DNA of 34,525 nt from Elusimicrobiota bacterium (GTDB lineage Bacteria > Elusimicrobiota > UBA8919), in NCBI GenBank assembly GCA_003452965.1, contig DMMW01000010.1, positions 1 through 34,525 of the forward strand, given 5' to 3'. The notes below the pieces were generated by a model. That model was given only the letters and a program-made list of their open reading frames with translations. It was not told where the DNA came from and did not search any database. Positions within the stretch are counted from its first letter, which is position 1, and each line of letters opens with the position of its first letter. This document shows positions 1 through 8,000 of the stretch, piece by piece. A program made the position numbers and the translations under genes.

Positions 1-62
1 ACACAACACAACATACATATATTAACTAATTAAAAATAAATAATAATAATGGAAAAACGAAA

Positions 63-86
63 AAAAAGGGTCTCTGTCCCCTTTTT
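63..86 (-). terminator. Candidate intrinsic terminator downstream of the SDR gene: AAAAAGGG-tctctgtc-CCCTTTTT hairpin with A/T runs on both sides.
   Basis: Read directly: 8-bp stem with 3 GC pairs, 8-nt loop, T-run on the minus-strand transcript. Lies just past the stop of the 186..1358 minus-strand gene. The stem is weak. Confidence 0.3.
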
Positions 87-185
87 CTTGGTGTTGCATC
101 CGGCCCGCCACAGAACCGATGGCGAGGCCTATTATAATGCGAAAGTTAATATAGCAAACTATAATCTCTAAAATTCGGATTATTT

Positions 186-1358
186 TTATCTTGGTGTTGC
201 ATCCGGCAGACCGCCGTCAACGGGAATGGTTGCGCCTGTGGTTGGTGTTTGCCGTGTTACAAAGAAGAGAACTGCATTTGCGACATGTCTTGCCGTAATT
301 TTTGCCTTAAGTAAATTACGACTTTGATAATATTCTTGTAATTTATTTTCATCAGTTATTCCTCTGTGCTTCATCCTGTCGGGACCTATTTTTTCCCATA
401 ATCCTGATTTAGTATTTCCATCTGAAAATACCGCATCAGGAGCCACCATGTTGACTCGTATATCAAATTCTGCTAATTCCAGACTTGCAATGCGTCCCAA
501 TTGATGTGCAGCTGCTTTTGTTGCACTGTATGCACCGAAACGCGCACCGGGAGCAAATACGTTTTTAGTAGATACTATTACGATATCTCCGCCGGTTCCC
601 TGCATACGCAAATGACGGCCGGCTTCTGATAGGGTAAGTAAAGTGCCCTCAACATTTACTTTCTCAAGTTTTTGGAAATCTTCCAGTTGCATTTCATCAA
701 GCGATGCAATTAACGGTATTCCGGCATTTGCAATTATAATATCAACACCGCCCCAAACTTTACTTACTTCATCGAATCCGTTAGCTACTGAATCCGTATT
801 TGTAATATCCATTCCAATACCGAAGATGTGGTTTTCGGCTATTTTTTTAAGCTCTTCAACTAATTTATCAAGCCTTTCGCCAGGTAAGTCGGTTGCGGCA
901 ACAAAGCAGCCTTTTTCCAGCAGGCCTCTGCAAATTCCCGAGCCAATCGCACCTGCAGCACCGGTAACTATTGCAACTTCGTTTTGAAGAGGGAATCTTG
1001 AATCAGGTTCATTATCAATATAAATAATACCGATGTCTTTCAAAAATACTATTTTTGGTTTTGTGTTGTTTTTATCAATAAAACTACTCATCGCGATAGT
1101 TATTTGTTTTTTGATATTTTCAATAGGGGCATTAACATCAATAGAATCTAATTGAAGCGGTGGAATTTTTACATTTTTCAAAGGAATAGGACATAAATTT
1201 AGATTATTATTATTTTTTGAATTAACAAATTCTACTACCGATATACTTGAGCAAAATTTTAATATAACACGATTGTAACGAACATCTTCATTGCCAGAAG
1301 GTTCGGCTAAAAGCCCACGAATAATCGGTAATATTTTATATACAGTATTATTTTCCAT
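186..1358 (-). CDS. Short-chain dehydrogenase/reductase (SDR) with a ~135-aa N-terminal extension. Resembles the linker+SDR half of 'bifunctional class II aldolase/short-chain dehydrogenase' proteins.
   Basis: Rossmann motif VAIVTGAAGAIGSGICRGL, and downstream Y...K catalytic region (YSATKAA). Sits directly downstream of a class II aldolase gene on the same strand. Confidence 0.8.
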   Translation of the reverse strand: MENNTVYKILPIIRGLLAEPSGNEDVRYNRVILKFCSSISVVEFVNSKNNNNLNLCPIPLKNVKIPPLQLDSIDVNAPIENIKKQITIAMSSFIDKNNTKPKIVFLKDIGIIYIDNEPDSRFPLQNEVAIVTGAAGAIGSGICRGLLEKGCFVAATDLPGERLDKLVEELKKIAENHIFGIGMDITNTDSVANGFDEVSKVWGGVDIIIANAGIPLIASLDEMQLEDFQKLEKVNVEGTLLTLSEAGRHLRMQGTGGDIVIVSTKNVFAPGARFGAYSATKAAAHQLGRIASLELAEFDIRVNMVAPDAVFSDGNTKSGLWEKIGPDRMKHRGITDENKLQEYYQSRNLLKAKITARHVANAVLFFVTRQTPTTGATIPVDGGLPDATPR

Positions 1359-1432
1359 AATTGTGTTATAGGGTTACTTGGGTTACTAGAGTTATAGGGT
1401 TGAACTCTAAAAACTCTATAACTCAACAAACT

Positions 1433-2089
1433 CTATGAACTCTTGATGAGTTTTCGACGGTATACTTCTGCTTCTAAAGTATCCATTTGCATGTAGATTT
1501 TTTCACTGAAAAAATTCATTTTGCCTAAAATTTTTGATGCTACAACGGTTTTACAGGCACTTTCAACATACAGTGTTCTGTAATACGCTTCCTTCAAATT
1601 TGAGCCAACTGTTAAAAGTCCATGATTAGCCATTAAAATTGCATTATGGTTTTTTATTACTTCGCTTACTTTGTTTGCAATATTTTTACTACTCGGAACT
1701 GCAAATTTAATAGTAGGTACATTTGAACTGATTATACCTACAAAATCCGGTGTAAATGCTTTTAATGTTTTACCTTGCATTGCATATGCGATAGAATACG
1801 GTGGATGTGTGTGTATTACAGCGGAAATATCTTTTCTTGTATAATAACAGGCGAGATGCATTTGTATTTCGCAGGTCGGTTTTCTATTGTCGTTAATATT
1901 TTTCCCGGTTTTCAGGTTAACTGCGATATAATCAGATTCCTTAGTATCTTCAAAACATGCACCAGATACTTTCATATAAACGGTATTATCTACTCGTACA
2001 CTGGTATTACCGCCGGGTCCGACGACAAAACCTTTATCGGCTAATTCTTTTCCTATTCTAACCAGTTCTTTTTTTATATTCATAATCAA
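1433..2089 (-). CDS. Class II aldolase/adducin-family protein (fuculose/ribulose-5-phosphate aldolase-like).
   Basis: 218 aa, matching the family length. Has the metal-binding His motifs of the family (VIHTHPPYSIAYAM, ...MANHG). Same strand and operon as the SDR. Confidence 0.8.
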   Translation of the reverse strand: MIMNIKKELVRIGKELADKGFVVGPGGNTSVRVDNTVYMKVSGACFEDTKESDYIAVNLKTGKNINDNRKPTCEIQMHLACYYTRKDISAVIHTHPPYSIAYAMQGKTLKAFTPDFVGIISSNVPTIKFAVPSSKNIANKVSEVIKNHNAILMANHGLLTVGSNLKEAYYRTLYVESACKTVVASKILGKMNFFSEKIYMQMDTLEAEVYRRKLIKSS

Positions 2090-2246
2090 AATTCAGGATA
2101 CAGGATACAGGATACAGAATACAGAATACAGAATACAGGATACAGGATACAGAATACAGGATACAGGATACAGAATACAGAATACAAGATACAGGATACA
2201 GAATACAAGATACAGGATACAGGATACAGGATACAGGATACAGTGC
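2090..2246. repeat. 8-bp microsatellite (ATACAGGA / ATACAGAA / ATACAAGA), about 19 tandem units. Lies immediately upstream of the class II aldolase start codon, inside the minus-strand operon.
   Basis: Read directly: the cluster caggatacaggatacagaatacag... runs uninterrupted for ~157 bp. Followed at 2262-2292 by a short polypyrimidine repeat (ctacctttctacctctttaccttt). Confidence 0.9.
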
Positions 2247-2287
2247 TCAGTAAACAGATTAAGTGATCTCTTTACCCTTCTACCTTT

Positions 2288-3175
2288 CTACCTCTTTACC
2301 TTTGTCGCTAATGTTTTATATAATTCTAACGCTTCTTGTGGTTTCATGTTTTTATGCACAACATTATTTACTGCTTTTATCATTGCAATAGGATTTTCGC
2401 TTTGGAATATGTTTCTGCCCATATCCACACCCGACGCACCCTGCTGTACGGCACTATATGCCATTGTAAGTGCATCCAACACTGGCAGTTTTTTACCGCC
2501 TGCCATAACAATGGGAACAGGACATGATGCCGTTATAGTTTCAAAATCTTCTGGAACATAATATGTTTTTACTACATGTGCACCCAATTCTGCACATATA
2601 CGGCATGCAAGCCGAAAATATTTAGCATCCCTTACCATATCCTTGCCTACTGCGGTTACTGCTAAAACAGGTATTCCATAACGCATTCCCATATCAACCA
2701 ACTTGGTCATATTATGTATTGACCGTGTCTCAAATTCACCTCCGATAAATACCTGTATTGCCATAGCTGATACATTCATTCTGATAGCATCTTCAATATC
2801 AACAGCTATTTCTTCATTTGAAAGTTCTTTTAAGATGCTTGGTCCACCGCTTGTTCTCATAACTATAGGTGTTGTAAACGACGGAGGTATAGTAGTTCTC
2901 AAGATTCCGCGGGTCAACATAATTGCATCTGCATATTTTACAAGCGGAACAATATTTAAATCAATCCGTTCCAATCCGGTTGTAGGTCCCTGAAAATAGC
3001 CATGATCTATTGCCAGCATGACCGTGCGTCCAGTATCGCTGTTGAATATTCTTGACAGGCGGTTTTTCATACCCCAATCTAAAGAATTAGACCCTTTAAG
3101 AAAAAAACATTCCGATTTCATTGGAATATCTTCATAATATTTTTTTTCTTCTTTATTTGCGTCTGTTTCCGGCAT
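2288..3175 (-). CDS. DhnA-type class I aldolase (archaeal-type fructose-bisphosphate aldolase / ADH-synthase / LsrF family, DeoC-LacD superfamily).
   Basis: [17 protein letters not shown]... family signature. Start trimmed from the six-frame ORF (which begins at 3382) to ATG 3175, which has the SD GGAGGAG 4-5 nt upstream. The longer ORF would overlap the divergent cupin gene and its promoter. Confidence 0.75.
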   Translation of the reverse strand: MPETDANKEEKKYYEDIPMKSECFFLKGSNSLDWGMKNRLSRIFNSDTGRTVMLAIDHGYFQGPTTGLERIDLNIVPLVKYADAIMLTRGILRTTIPPSFTTPIVMRTSGGPSILKELSNEEIAVDIEDAIRMNVSAMAIQVFIGGEFETRSIHNMTKLVDMGMRYGIPVLAVTAVGKDMVRDAKYFRLACRICAELGAHVVKTYYVPEDFETITASCPVPIVMAGGKKLPVLDALTMAYSAVQQGASGVDMGRNIFQSENPIAMIKAVNNVVHKNMKPQEALELYKTLATKVKR

Positions 3176-3259
3176 AACTCCTCCCTGGAAATTTATTAAT
3201 TTTAATAACCTCATTATATATAAAAAATATTTTATTTTCAATAAAAATTTAAAAACCTC

Positions 3260-3287
3260 TTGCAAATTATCAATGTTTAGATACAAT
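3260..3287 (+). promoter_or_regulatory. Sigma70-like promoter TTGCAA-16 nt-TACAAT for the cupin-esterase transcription unit. Contains the 15-mer TGTTTAGATACAATA, which recurs at 4776-4790.
   Basis: Read directly: -35 at 3260-3265, -10 at 3282-3287, about 27 nt before the cupin ATG. Confidence 0.45.
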
Positions 3288-3313
3288 AATAGAAAATAAT
3301 ATTGGGAGATTTT

Positions 3314-3628
3314 ATGCCTATAATCTCGGGAAAGAATGCTGTGCAAAATACCGGTGAGTTCCCGGCATGGGGATTGGTTCACTTCAAAGCAGGACAGAAA
3401 AACATAACAGAATTACATTATCACGATAGTGACGAATTTTTCTTTATGATTGAAGGAAGATGTGTGATGAAATCGGAAGGGAAAATATATACTCTTGAAA
3501 AAGGCGATGTTTTTGTTACTCGCATGGGTGACGAACACGAACTTTTTGAGATATTGGAAGATACGACACTTTTTTGGCTATGCACAGAACTTCGCGGTCA
3601 AAAAAGGCAAGGACACCAGCACAGGTAA
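3314..3628 (+). CDS. Cupin-domain protein (cupin_2 fold).
   Basis: Two-His/Glu cupin motifs ([14 protein letters not shown] ... [13 protein letters not shown]). Start moved from 3302 to ATG 3314, which has GGGAGA upstream. Confidence 0.7.
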   Translation: MPIISGKNAVQNTGEFPAWGLVHFKAGQKNITELHYHDSDEFFFMIEGRCVMKSEGKIYTLEKGDVFVTRMGDEHELFEILEDTTLFWLCTELRGQKRQGHQHR

Positions 3629-3654
3629 AAATGGATAAAGATTGGAGGAATGAT

Positions 3655-4617
3655 ATGTCATTAATATTTGGGATGTCTTTGAGAAAACTAAAAGAATATA
3701 AGGGCAGAAATCCGCGTCCTAAAGATTTCGATAAGTTTTGGGAAAGAGGTCTTTCTGAAATGAATTCAATAGCTCCAAAAATAAAAATAGTTCCTGCAAA
3801 GTTTCAGGTACCTTTTTGCAAGTGTTTGCATCTGTACTTTACTGGTGTAGGCGGAGCGCGTGTTCACGCAAAAGTTTTGCGTCCCAAAAAACCGGCTAAA
3901 AAACATCCTGCAATATTGATGTTTCACGGATATTCCTGCAGCAGCGGAGATTGGTACAACAAGCTTGCCTACGCAGCTTTGGGCTATACCGTTGCTTATT
4001 TAGATTGCCGCGGACAGGGTGGTTTATCCGAAGATAAAGGTGGGGTTACCGGCTGGACACTACACGGGCATATTGTTCGCGGATTAAGCGATTCGCCGGA
4101 AAAACTGTTATTCAGGAATATATTTCTTGATGTGGCCCAGATTGCCAAAATAGTAATGGAAATGTCCGACGTGGATGAAAACCGCGTTGGCGCCATAGGC
4201 GGCAGCATGGGCGGGGCACTTTCGTTAGTTTGCGCCGCATTGGAGCCGAGAATCAGAAGAGTTGCGCCTAATTATCCGTTTCTTTGCGATTATAAAGGTG
4301 TATGTGAAATGGATGTGACTAAAACAGCTTATGCGGAATTTCACGATTATTTCAGGAAATTTGATCCGTTACATGAAAGGGAAGAAGAGTTTTTTAACAA
4401 ACTTGGCTATATAGATGTTCAGCATTTTTGCAGCAGGATAAAAGCGGAGGTATTGATGGGTACCGGCTTGATGGATACCGATTGTCCGCCGTTCAGTCAG
4501 TTTGCCGCATACAATAAAATTAAGTCAAAAAAAACATTAGAAATATATCCGGATTTTGCGCATGAGGATTTTCCATATCATAACGATAAAATCTTCCAGT
4601 TTATGAGCAATCTATGA
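3655..4617 (+). CDS. CE7 acetyl-xylan esterase / cephalosporin-C deacetylase family (AXE1).
   Basis: Aligns along its whole length with B. subtilis Cah: N-term ...PKDFDKFW..., HGY, GGSMGG nucleophile (GxSxG), and C-terminal H of the triad (FAHED). Start set at ATG 3655 with SD GGAGG 6 nt upstream. An in-frame ATG at 3631 is a possible alternative. Confidence 0.85.
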   Translation: MSLIFGMSLRKLKEYKGRNPRPKDFDKFWERGLSEMNSIAPKIKIVPAKFQVPFCKCLHLYFTGVGGARVHAKVLRPKKPAKKHPAILMFHGYSCSSGDWYNKLAYAALGYTVAYLDCRGQGGLSEDKGGVTGWTLHGHIVRGLSDSPEKLLFRNIFLDVAQIAKIVMEMSDVDENRVGAIGGSMGGALSLVCAALEPRIRRVAPNYPFLCDYKGVCEMDVTKTAYAEFHDYFRKFDPLHEREEEFFNKLGYIDVQHFCSRIKAEVLMGTGLMDTDCPPFSQFAAYNKIKSKKTLEIYPDFAHEDFPYHNDKIFQFMSNL

Positions 4618-4639
4618 TTAGGACAATGTAAAGGAAGTT

Positions 4640-4740
4640 ATGAAAATAGGCTTCATTGGATTAGATAAAATATATAGATGAAAAAATGGTTGCATTGGAA
4701 AATAAATGCAATCCCAAAAAGGTTACTCCATATTTTGTTT
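4640..4740 (+). pseudogene. Degraded duplicate of the first ~110 bp of the YchF-like gene at 5614. It keeps its own RBS and ATG, and an in-frame stop follows after 13 codons.
   Basis: Read directly: atgaaaataggcttcattgga...gcattggaaaataaatgcaatcccaaaaaggttactccatattttgt aligns with 5614-5725, with a 15-bp deletion and a few substitutions. Confidence 0.6.
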
Positions 4741-4843
4741 AATAAAATCTCTTTAAAAAAATTAGTGTTTAGATACAATATTTATGAGGATTCTTGTAAT
4801 AAAAACTTTGTATGCTTGAAAAGGTGATATTTTTGTTGCCCGT

Positions 4844-5617
4844 TTGGAGGATAACATAAATAAATATGAATTTGGGTTTTTAGGTGCAAAATTCCGGGTT
4901 CACAAAGACTGGAAACATTTTTTTGAAAATATATGCCTGGAATGTATAGAGAAGAATATTAGAAGAGATAAAATTACACCTTCTAAAGAAAATATTTTCA
5001 AAGTTTTTGAGAAACTCGGTCCTAAAGATATTAAAGTAGTAATAATCGGGCAGGACCCATATCCGCAACCAAATATTGCAACAGGCCGCGCATTTGAAGT
5101 TAAAGAATTGAATTCATGGCTTATTCCATTCAGGCAAGCAACATTAAGAAACATTTTGAAAATGTTGTATAACTGGCATGACAGTAAGAAGAATAAAAAA
5201 GCTTCAAGATTAGAAAAAATTGAAATTATAAAAAACGCAATAGAAAAGAAAGATTATAATATATTGCCGCCGGATAAGGTATTTGATTATTGGGAAAAAC
5301 AAAAAATATTTTTATTGAATTTTGCATTGACATACAGGATGGGTAATTGTGATAGTGGGGATTCTCATTTAATGTATTGGAAAGATTTTAATTATAAATT
5401 GGTAAGATGTTTATCAAAAATAAATAAAAATATAGTATGGTTGTTATTCGGAAAAGTTAACGAAGAAAATAACTGGATTATTAAACAAAATGCTTTTTAT
5501 ATTGCCCATCCGTCTGACAGGAGGGGAATAAACCCTAAGGATTTAGAAAAAATACGTCAATTTTTCGATATTTCGGTTAAGAAACATAAAATAGATTGGC
5601 TCGGAGGAAATTTATGA
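4844..5617 (+). CDS. ung: Divergent family-1-like uracil-DNA glycosylase (UNG-type).
   Basis: VVIIGQDPYPQ (GQDPY catalytic Asp motif), LLNFALTYR, LLFGK, and HPSDRRG matching the HPSPLS His motif. There is no in-frame ATG near the 5' end. The only start is TTG 4844, and the first ~6 codons derive from a cupin-gene fragment. Confidence 0.6.
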   Translation: MEDNINKYEFGFLGAKFRVHKDWKHFFENICLECIEKNIRRDKITPSKENIFKVFEKLGPKDIKVVIIGQDPYPQPNIATGRAFEVKELNSWLIPFRQATLRNILKMLYNWHDSKKNKKASRLEKIEIIKNAIEKKDYNILPPDKVFDYWEKQKIFLLNFALTYRMGNCDSGDSHLMYWKDFNYKLVRCLSKINKNIVWLLFGKVNEENNWIIKQNAFYIAHPSDRRGINPKDLEKIRQFFDISVKKHKIDWLGGNL

Positions 5618-6303
5618 AGATAGGTTTTATCGGGATAGAAATACCTGAGGGTAAGATAAAATACAAAGATGAAAAATTTGTCGCATTGGAAAATAAATGC
5701 GAACCTAAAAAAATAACTCCATATTTTGTAGAATTCATTATTAATGAATTCGTTCAGGTAAACGCTATTGTTATTTCAAAAGATAAAATACTTGATTTGC
5801 TTATTCCCGATATTGAAAAACTTGAAGCACGTGTGCAGAATACAAATGATAATTTTGAAAAAGAATTAATAAAAAAATGTATATCTTGTCTTGAAAATGA
5901 AATGCCTTTATGTGACATCGTTTTTAACGAACAGGAACAGAAACTTCTTCAGATGCTGTCACCGAATAGCATGAAACCGATTGTAATTATTGATGACAAA
6001 GTTGAAACAAACGAAATAATTGAAAAAGTATTAAAAAAATCACAAACTATATTTTTTTATACAGCGGGAAAAGATGAGGTTCATGCCTGGCCTGTAAAAG
6101 CAGGTTCCGATATTGTGACCTGTGCGGGCAGGATACATTCCGATTTAGCACGCGGATTTATAAAAGCGGATATTGTAAGTTTTGACAATTTTATGAAATG
6201 CCATAATTTTAATGATGCCAAGACAAAAGGATTGGTAAAGCTAGTAGATAGGGAATATATTATCCAAGAATCAGATATTATAGAGATACGCTTCAATGTA
6301 TAA
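5614..6303 (+). CDS. YchF/Obg-family-like protein that keeps the C-terminal TGS/DUF933 domain but lacks a functional GTPase G domain: its P-loop is degenerate (GIEIPEGKIK instead of GxPNVGKST) and about 130 aa of G domain are missing.
   Basis: C-terminal 90 aa align closely with E. coli YchF (FYTAGKDEVHAWPVKAGSDIVTCAGRIHSDLARGFIKADIVSFDNF...IIQESDIIEIRFNV). Start set at ATG 5614, with SD GGAGGA 5 nt upstream. Overlaps the ung stop. Confidence 0.65.
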   Translation: MKIGFIGIEIPEGKIKYKDEKFVALENKCEPKKITPYFVEFIINEFVQVNAIVISKDKILDLLIPDIEKLEARVQNTNDNFEKELIKKCISCLENEMPLCDIVFNEQEQKLLQMLSPNSMKPIVIIDDKVETNEIIEKVLKKSQTIFFYTAGKDEVHAWPVKAGSDIVTCAGRIHSDLARGFIKADIVSFDNFMKCHNFNDAKTKGLVKLVDREYIIQESDIIEIRFNV

Positions 6304-6390
6304 ACAAAAAGCATAGAATTGAGAGATATTAAAATAAGAATCTTGGAATAGATTATTTCATCAAAATAAATAAAATGGTGTAATTTAAAA

Positions 6391-6630
6391 ATGAAGATTT
6401 TGTATCGTGATGTTAAAAAATATTGTGTGTTGACGAATAGAGAAGTGGAAGTCTTGCAGAAACTTATTCATAATACATTACCCAACGGGAATGAAGAAAT
6501 AATTCCTGTTCAGAAAATAAAATGTCCATATGCTATCAAGTGTTTCTATGAAGCGAGAGATTGCATTTACACTGAAAGCAATATCAATTCTAAAAATGAT
6601 CCCTTAATATTCAAAAATGAAGAGAAGTAA
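6391..6630 (+). CDS. Small hypothetical Cys-containing protein (79 aa).
   Basis: ORF only. No strong RBS. Overlaps the next gene by 14 nt, which suggests coupling. No family recognised. Confidence 0.3.
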   Translation: MKILYRDVKKYCVLTNREVEVLQKLIHNTLPNGNEEIIPVQKIKCPYAIKCFYEARDCIYTESNINSKNDPLIFKNEEK

Positions 6631-7714
6631 ATTGGAACTTAAATATAAACCGGATTTTGATTATGCAAAAGAAATGTGGAATCATTATTGGGCAAAAGAA
6701 GTATTGAAACGTCCGCTTGTGGTTGCCAATGTAGTTAAACAAGAAGGAAAAACTGTTGATAAAGATAAGTATAAGTATTATAATGCATGTACGAAGAATT
6801 ATAGAGAACAACTGACGATAATTGATGAATGGTTGGATAATACGTTATTTCTTGCTGAATCAATTCCGTGTTTTTCTCCAAGTCACGGTCCTGACCAGTT
6901 TGCTGCAATGCTCGGTGCTGATTTAAAATTTTCAGAAAGTAGCAAAACTACGAATTGGGTAGAACCTATAGTAGAAAATTGGGAAGAATTTATCCCGAAG
7001 ATTAAATTAAATGAAAATAATTCCGTCTGGCAAAGTCTTCTGGAATATTCAAAGATTCTTAAAGAACATTCAAAGGGGAAATATCTCGTTGGGATTTGCG
7101 ATTTTTATTCAAATGCCGATATGTTAAGTGCGATTCGGTCTCCGGCTAAATTGTGTATGGATTTTTATGATTATCCCGAATCAATAGCAAAGGCAATGTT
7201 ATCAGTCAGAAAATTATATAAAACGGTATATAATTCTTTATATGAAGCAGGCGGAATGAACAACGAAACCGGTACTATAGGGTGGATTCCTTTTTGGTGT
7301 AAAGATAAATATGCAACGATTCAATGTGATTTTATATGTATGGTATCACCGAAAATTGCAAATGAATATATAATTCCGGCATTAGAGGAAGAGGCGAATT
7401 TTCTTGACCATTGCATCTATCATCTTGACGGTCCCGGAGCATTACCACATCTTGATAATATTCTTGCAATAAAAAAAATTGATGCAATTCAGTGGATACC
7501 CGGTGATGGGCAGCCGCCGCAGTATGAATGGATTGATGTTCTGAAAAAATGCCAGAAAGCTGGTAAGGGACTTCAGATTTTGGATGTCACAAGCATAGAT
7601 ATTATAAAAAAATTCAGCAAAGAACTCAGTCCGGAAGGACTGGTATACTGCATAGACGTAAAGACTGAAAGAGAAGTTGATGAAATAACGACATGGCTTG
7701 AAAAAAACACTTGA
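6617..7714 (+). CDS. Putative URO-D-like (uroporphyrinogen decarboxylase / MtaA-CmuA-like methyltransferase fold) protein.
   Basis: 365 aa. His/Cys cluster DHCIYHLDGPG...IQWIPGDG, and overall length and pattern reminiscent of the URO-D-like superfamily. The assignment comes from recollection of motifs, not an alignment. Confidence 0.4.
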   Translation: MKRSKLELKYKPDFDYAKEMWNHYWAKEVLKRPLVVANVVKQEGKTVDKDKYKYYNACTKNYREQLTIIDEWLDNTLFLAESIPCFSPSHGPDQFAAMLGADLKFSESSKTTNWVEPIVENWEEFIPKIKLNENNSVWQSLLEYSKILKEHSKGKYLVGICDFYSNADMLSAIRSPAKLCMDFYDYPESIAKAMLSVRKLYKTVYNSLYEAGGMNNETGTIGWIPFWCKDKYATIQCDFICMVSPKIANEYIIPALEEEANFLDHCIYHLDGPGALPHLDNILAIKKIDAIQWIPGDGQPPQYEWIDVLKKCQKAGKGLQILDVTSIDIIKKFSKELSPEGLVYCIDVKTEREVDEITTWLEKNT

Positions 7715-7927
7715 AGCTCCATCCCGATAACAATCGGGATTATAACATTTACCATAAGATTTTAAGGAGCGGAATCCGGCCCGTCAAGGCTTCGGCCTTG
7801 GCTGGCTGCAGGATGAAGCTCCATCCCGATAACAATCGGGATTATAACATTTACCATAAGATTTTAAGGAGCGGAATCCGGCCCGTCAAGGCTTCGGCCT
7901 TGGCTGGCTGCAGGATGAAGCTCCATT
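7714..7927. repeat. 102-bp tandem direct repeat (2 full copies + 10 bp), GC-rich. Each unit carries two perfect hairpins: ATCCCGAT-aaca-ATCGGGAT, and CAAGGC-TTCG-GCCTTG with a UUCG-type tetraloop.
   Basis: Read directly: 7714-7815 = 7816-7917, identical. The six-frame 'ORF' 7711..7968 is just this repeat translated. Diverged partial copies of the unit occur at 16358-16415, and a shared ATCCGGCCCG core occurs at 95-104. Confidence 0.9.
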
Positions 7928-8000
7928 CTGTGTGGCGAGACAAGTTGCATTGGGAATGGGTAAGATGAAGTTTTACAATCATAAAAAAGGAATGAAAATT

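Noticed and set aside
643-987. 114-aa and other 60-130-aa ORFs antisense to or overlapping strong genes (e.g. 1775..2044, 2703..2993, 3996..4208, 11226..11612, 17611..18027, 18226..18561, 19741..20025, 31801..31986)
   Set aside because: They are frame shadows of confidently assigned CDSs on the opposite strand or in another frame.
3574-3654. Longer N-terminal extension of the esterase ORF (start 3574), overlapping the cupin gene
   Set aside because: Alignment with CE7 enzymes places the N-terminus at MSLIFGMSL (ATG 3655, good SD). The extension is basic and low-complexity and overlaps the upstream gene.
6391-6630. LuxR-type HTH in the 79-aa ORF (LTNREVEVLQKL)
   Set aside because: Only the first helix resembles the GerE/LuxR signature and the rest does not align, so it was kept as a hypothetical small protein.
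7714-7927. Possible CRISPR array (GC-rich direct repeats)
   Set aside because: The units are 102 bp, directly abutting with no spacers and only 2 copies, and no cas genes are present. It was annotated as a tandem repeat, and the same holds for the 8-bp microsatellite at 2090-2246.
7711-7968. Six-frame ORF (85 aa) with an internally repeated peptide
   Set aside because: It is the translation of the 102-bp DNA tandem repeat. Its composition and perfect DNA-level identity argue against a coding role.
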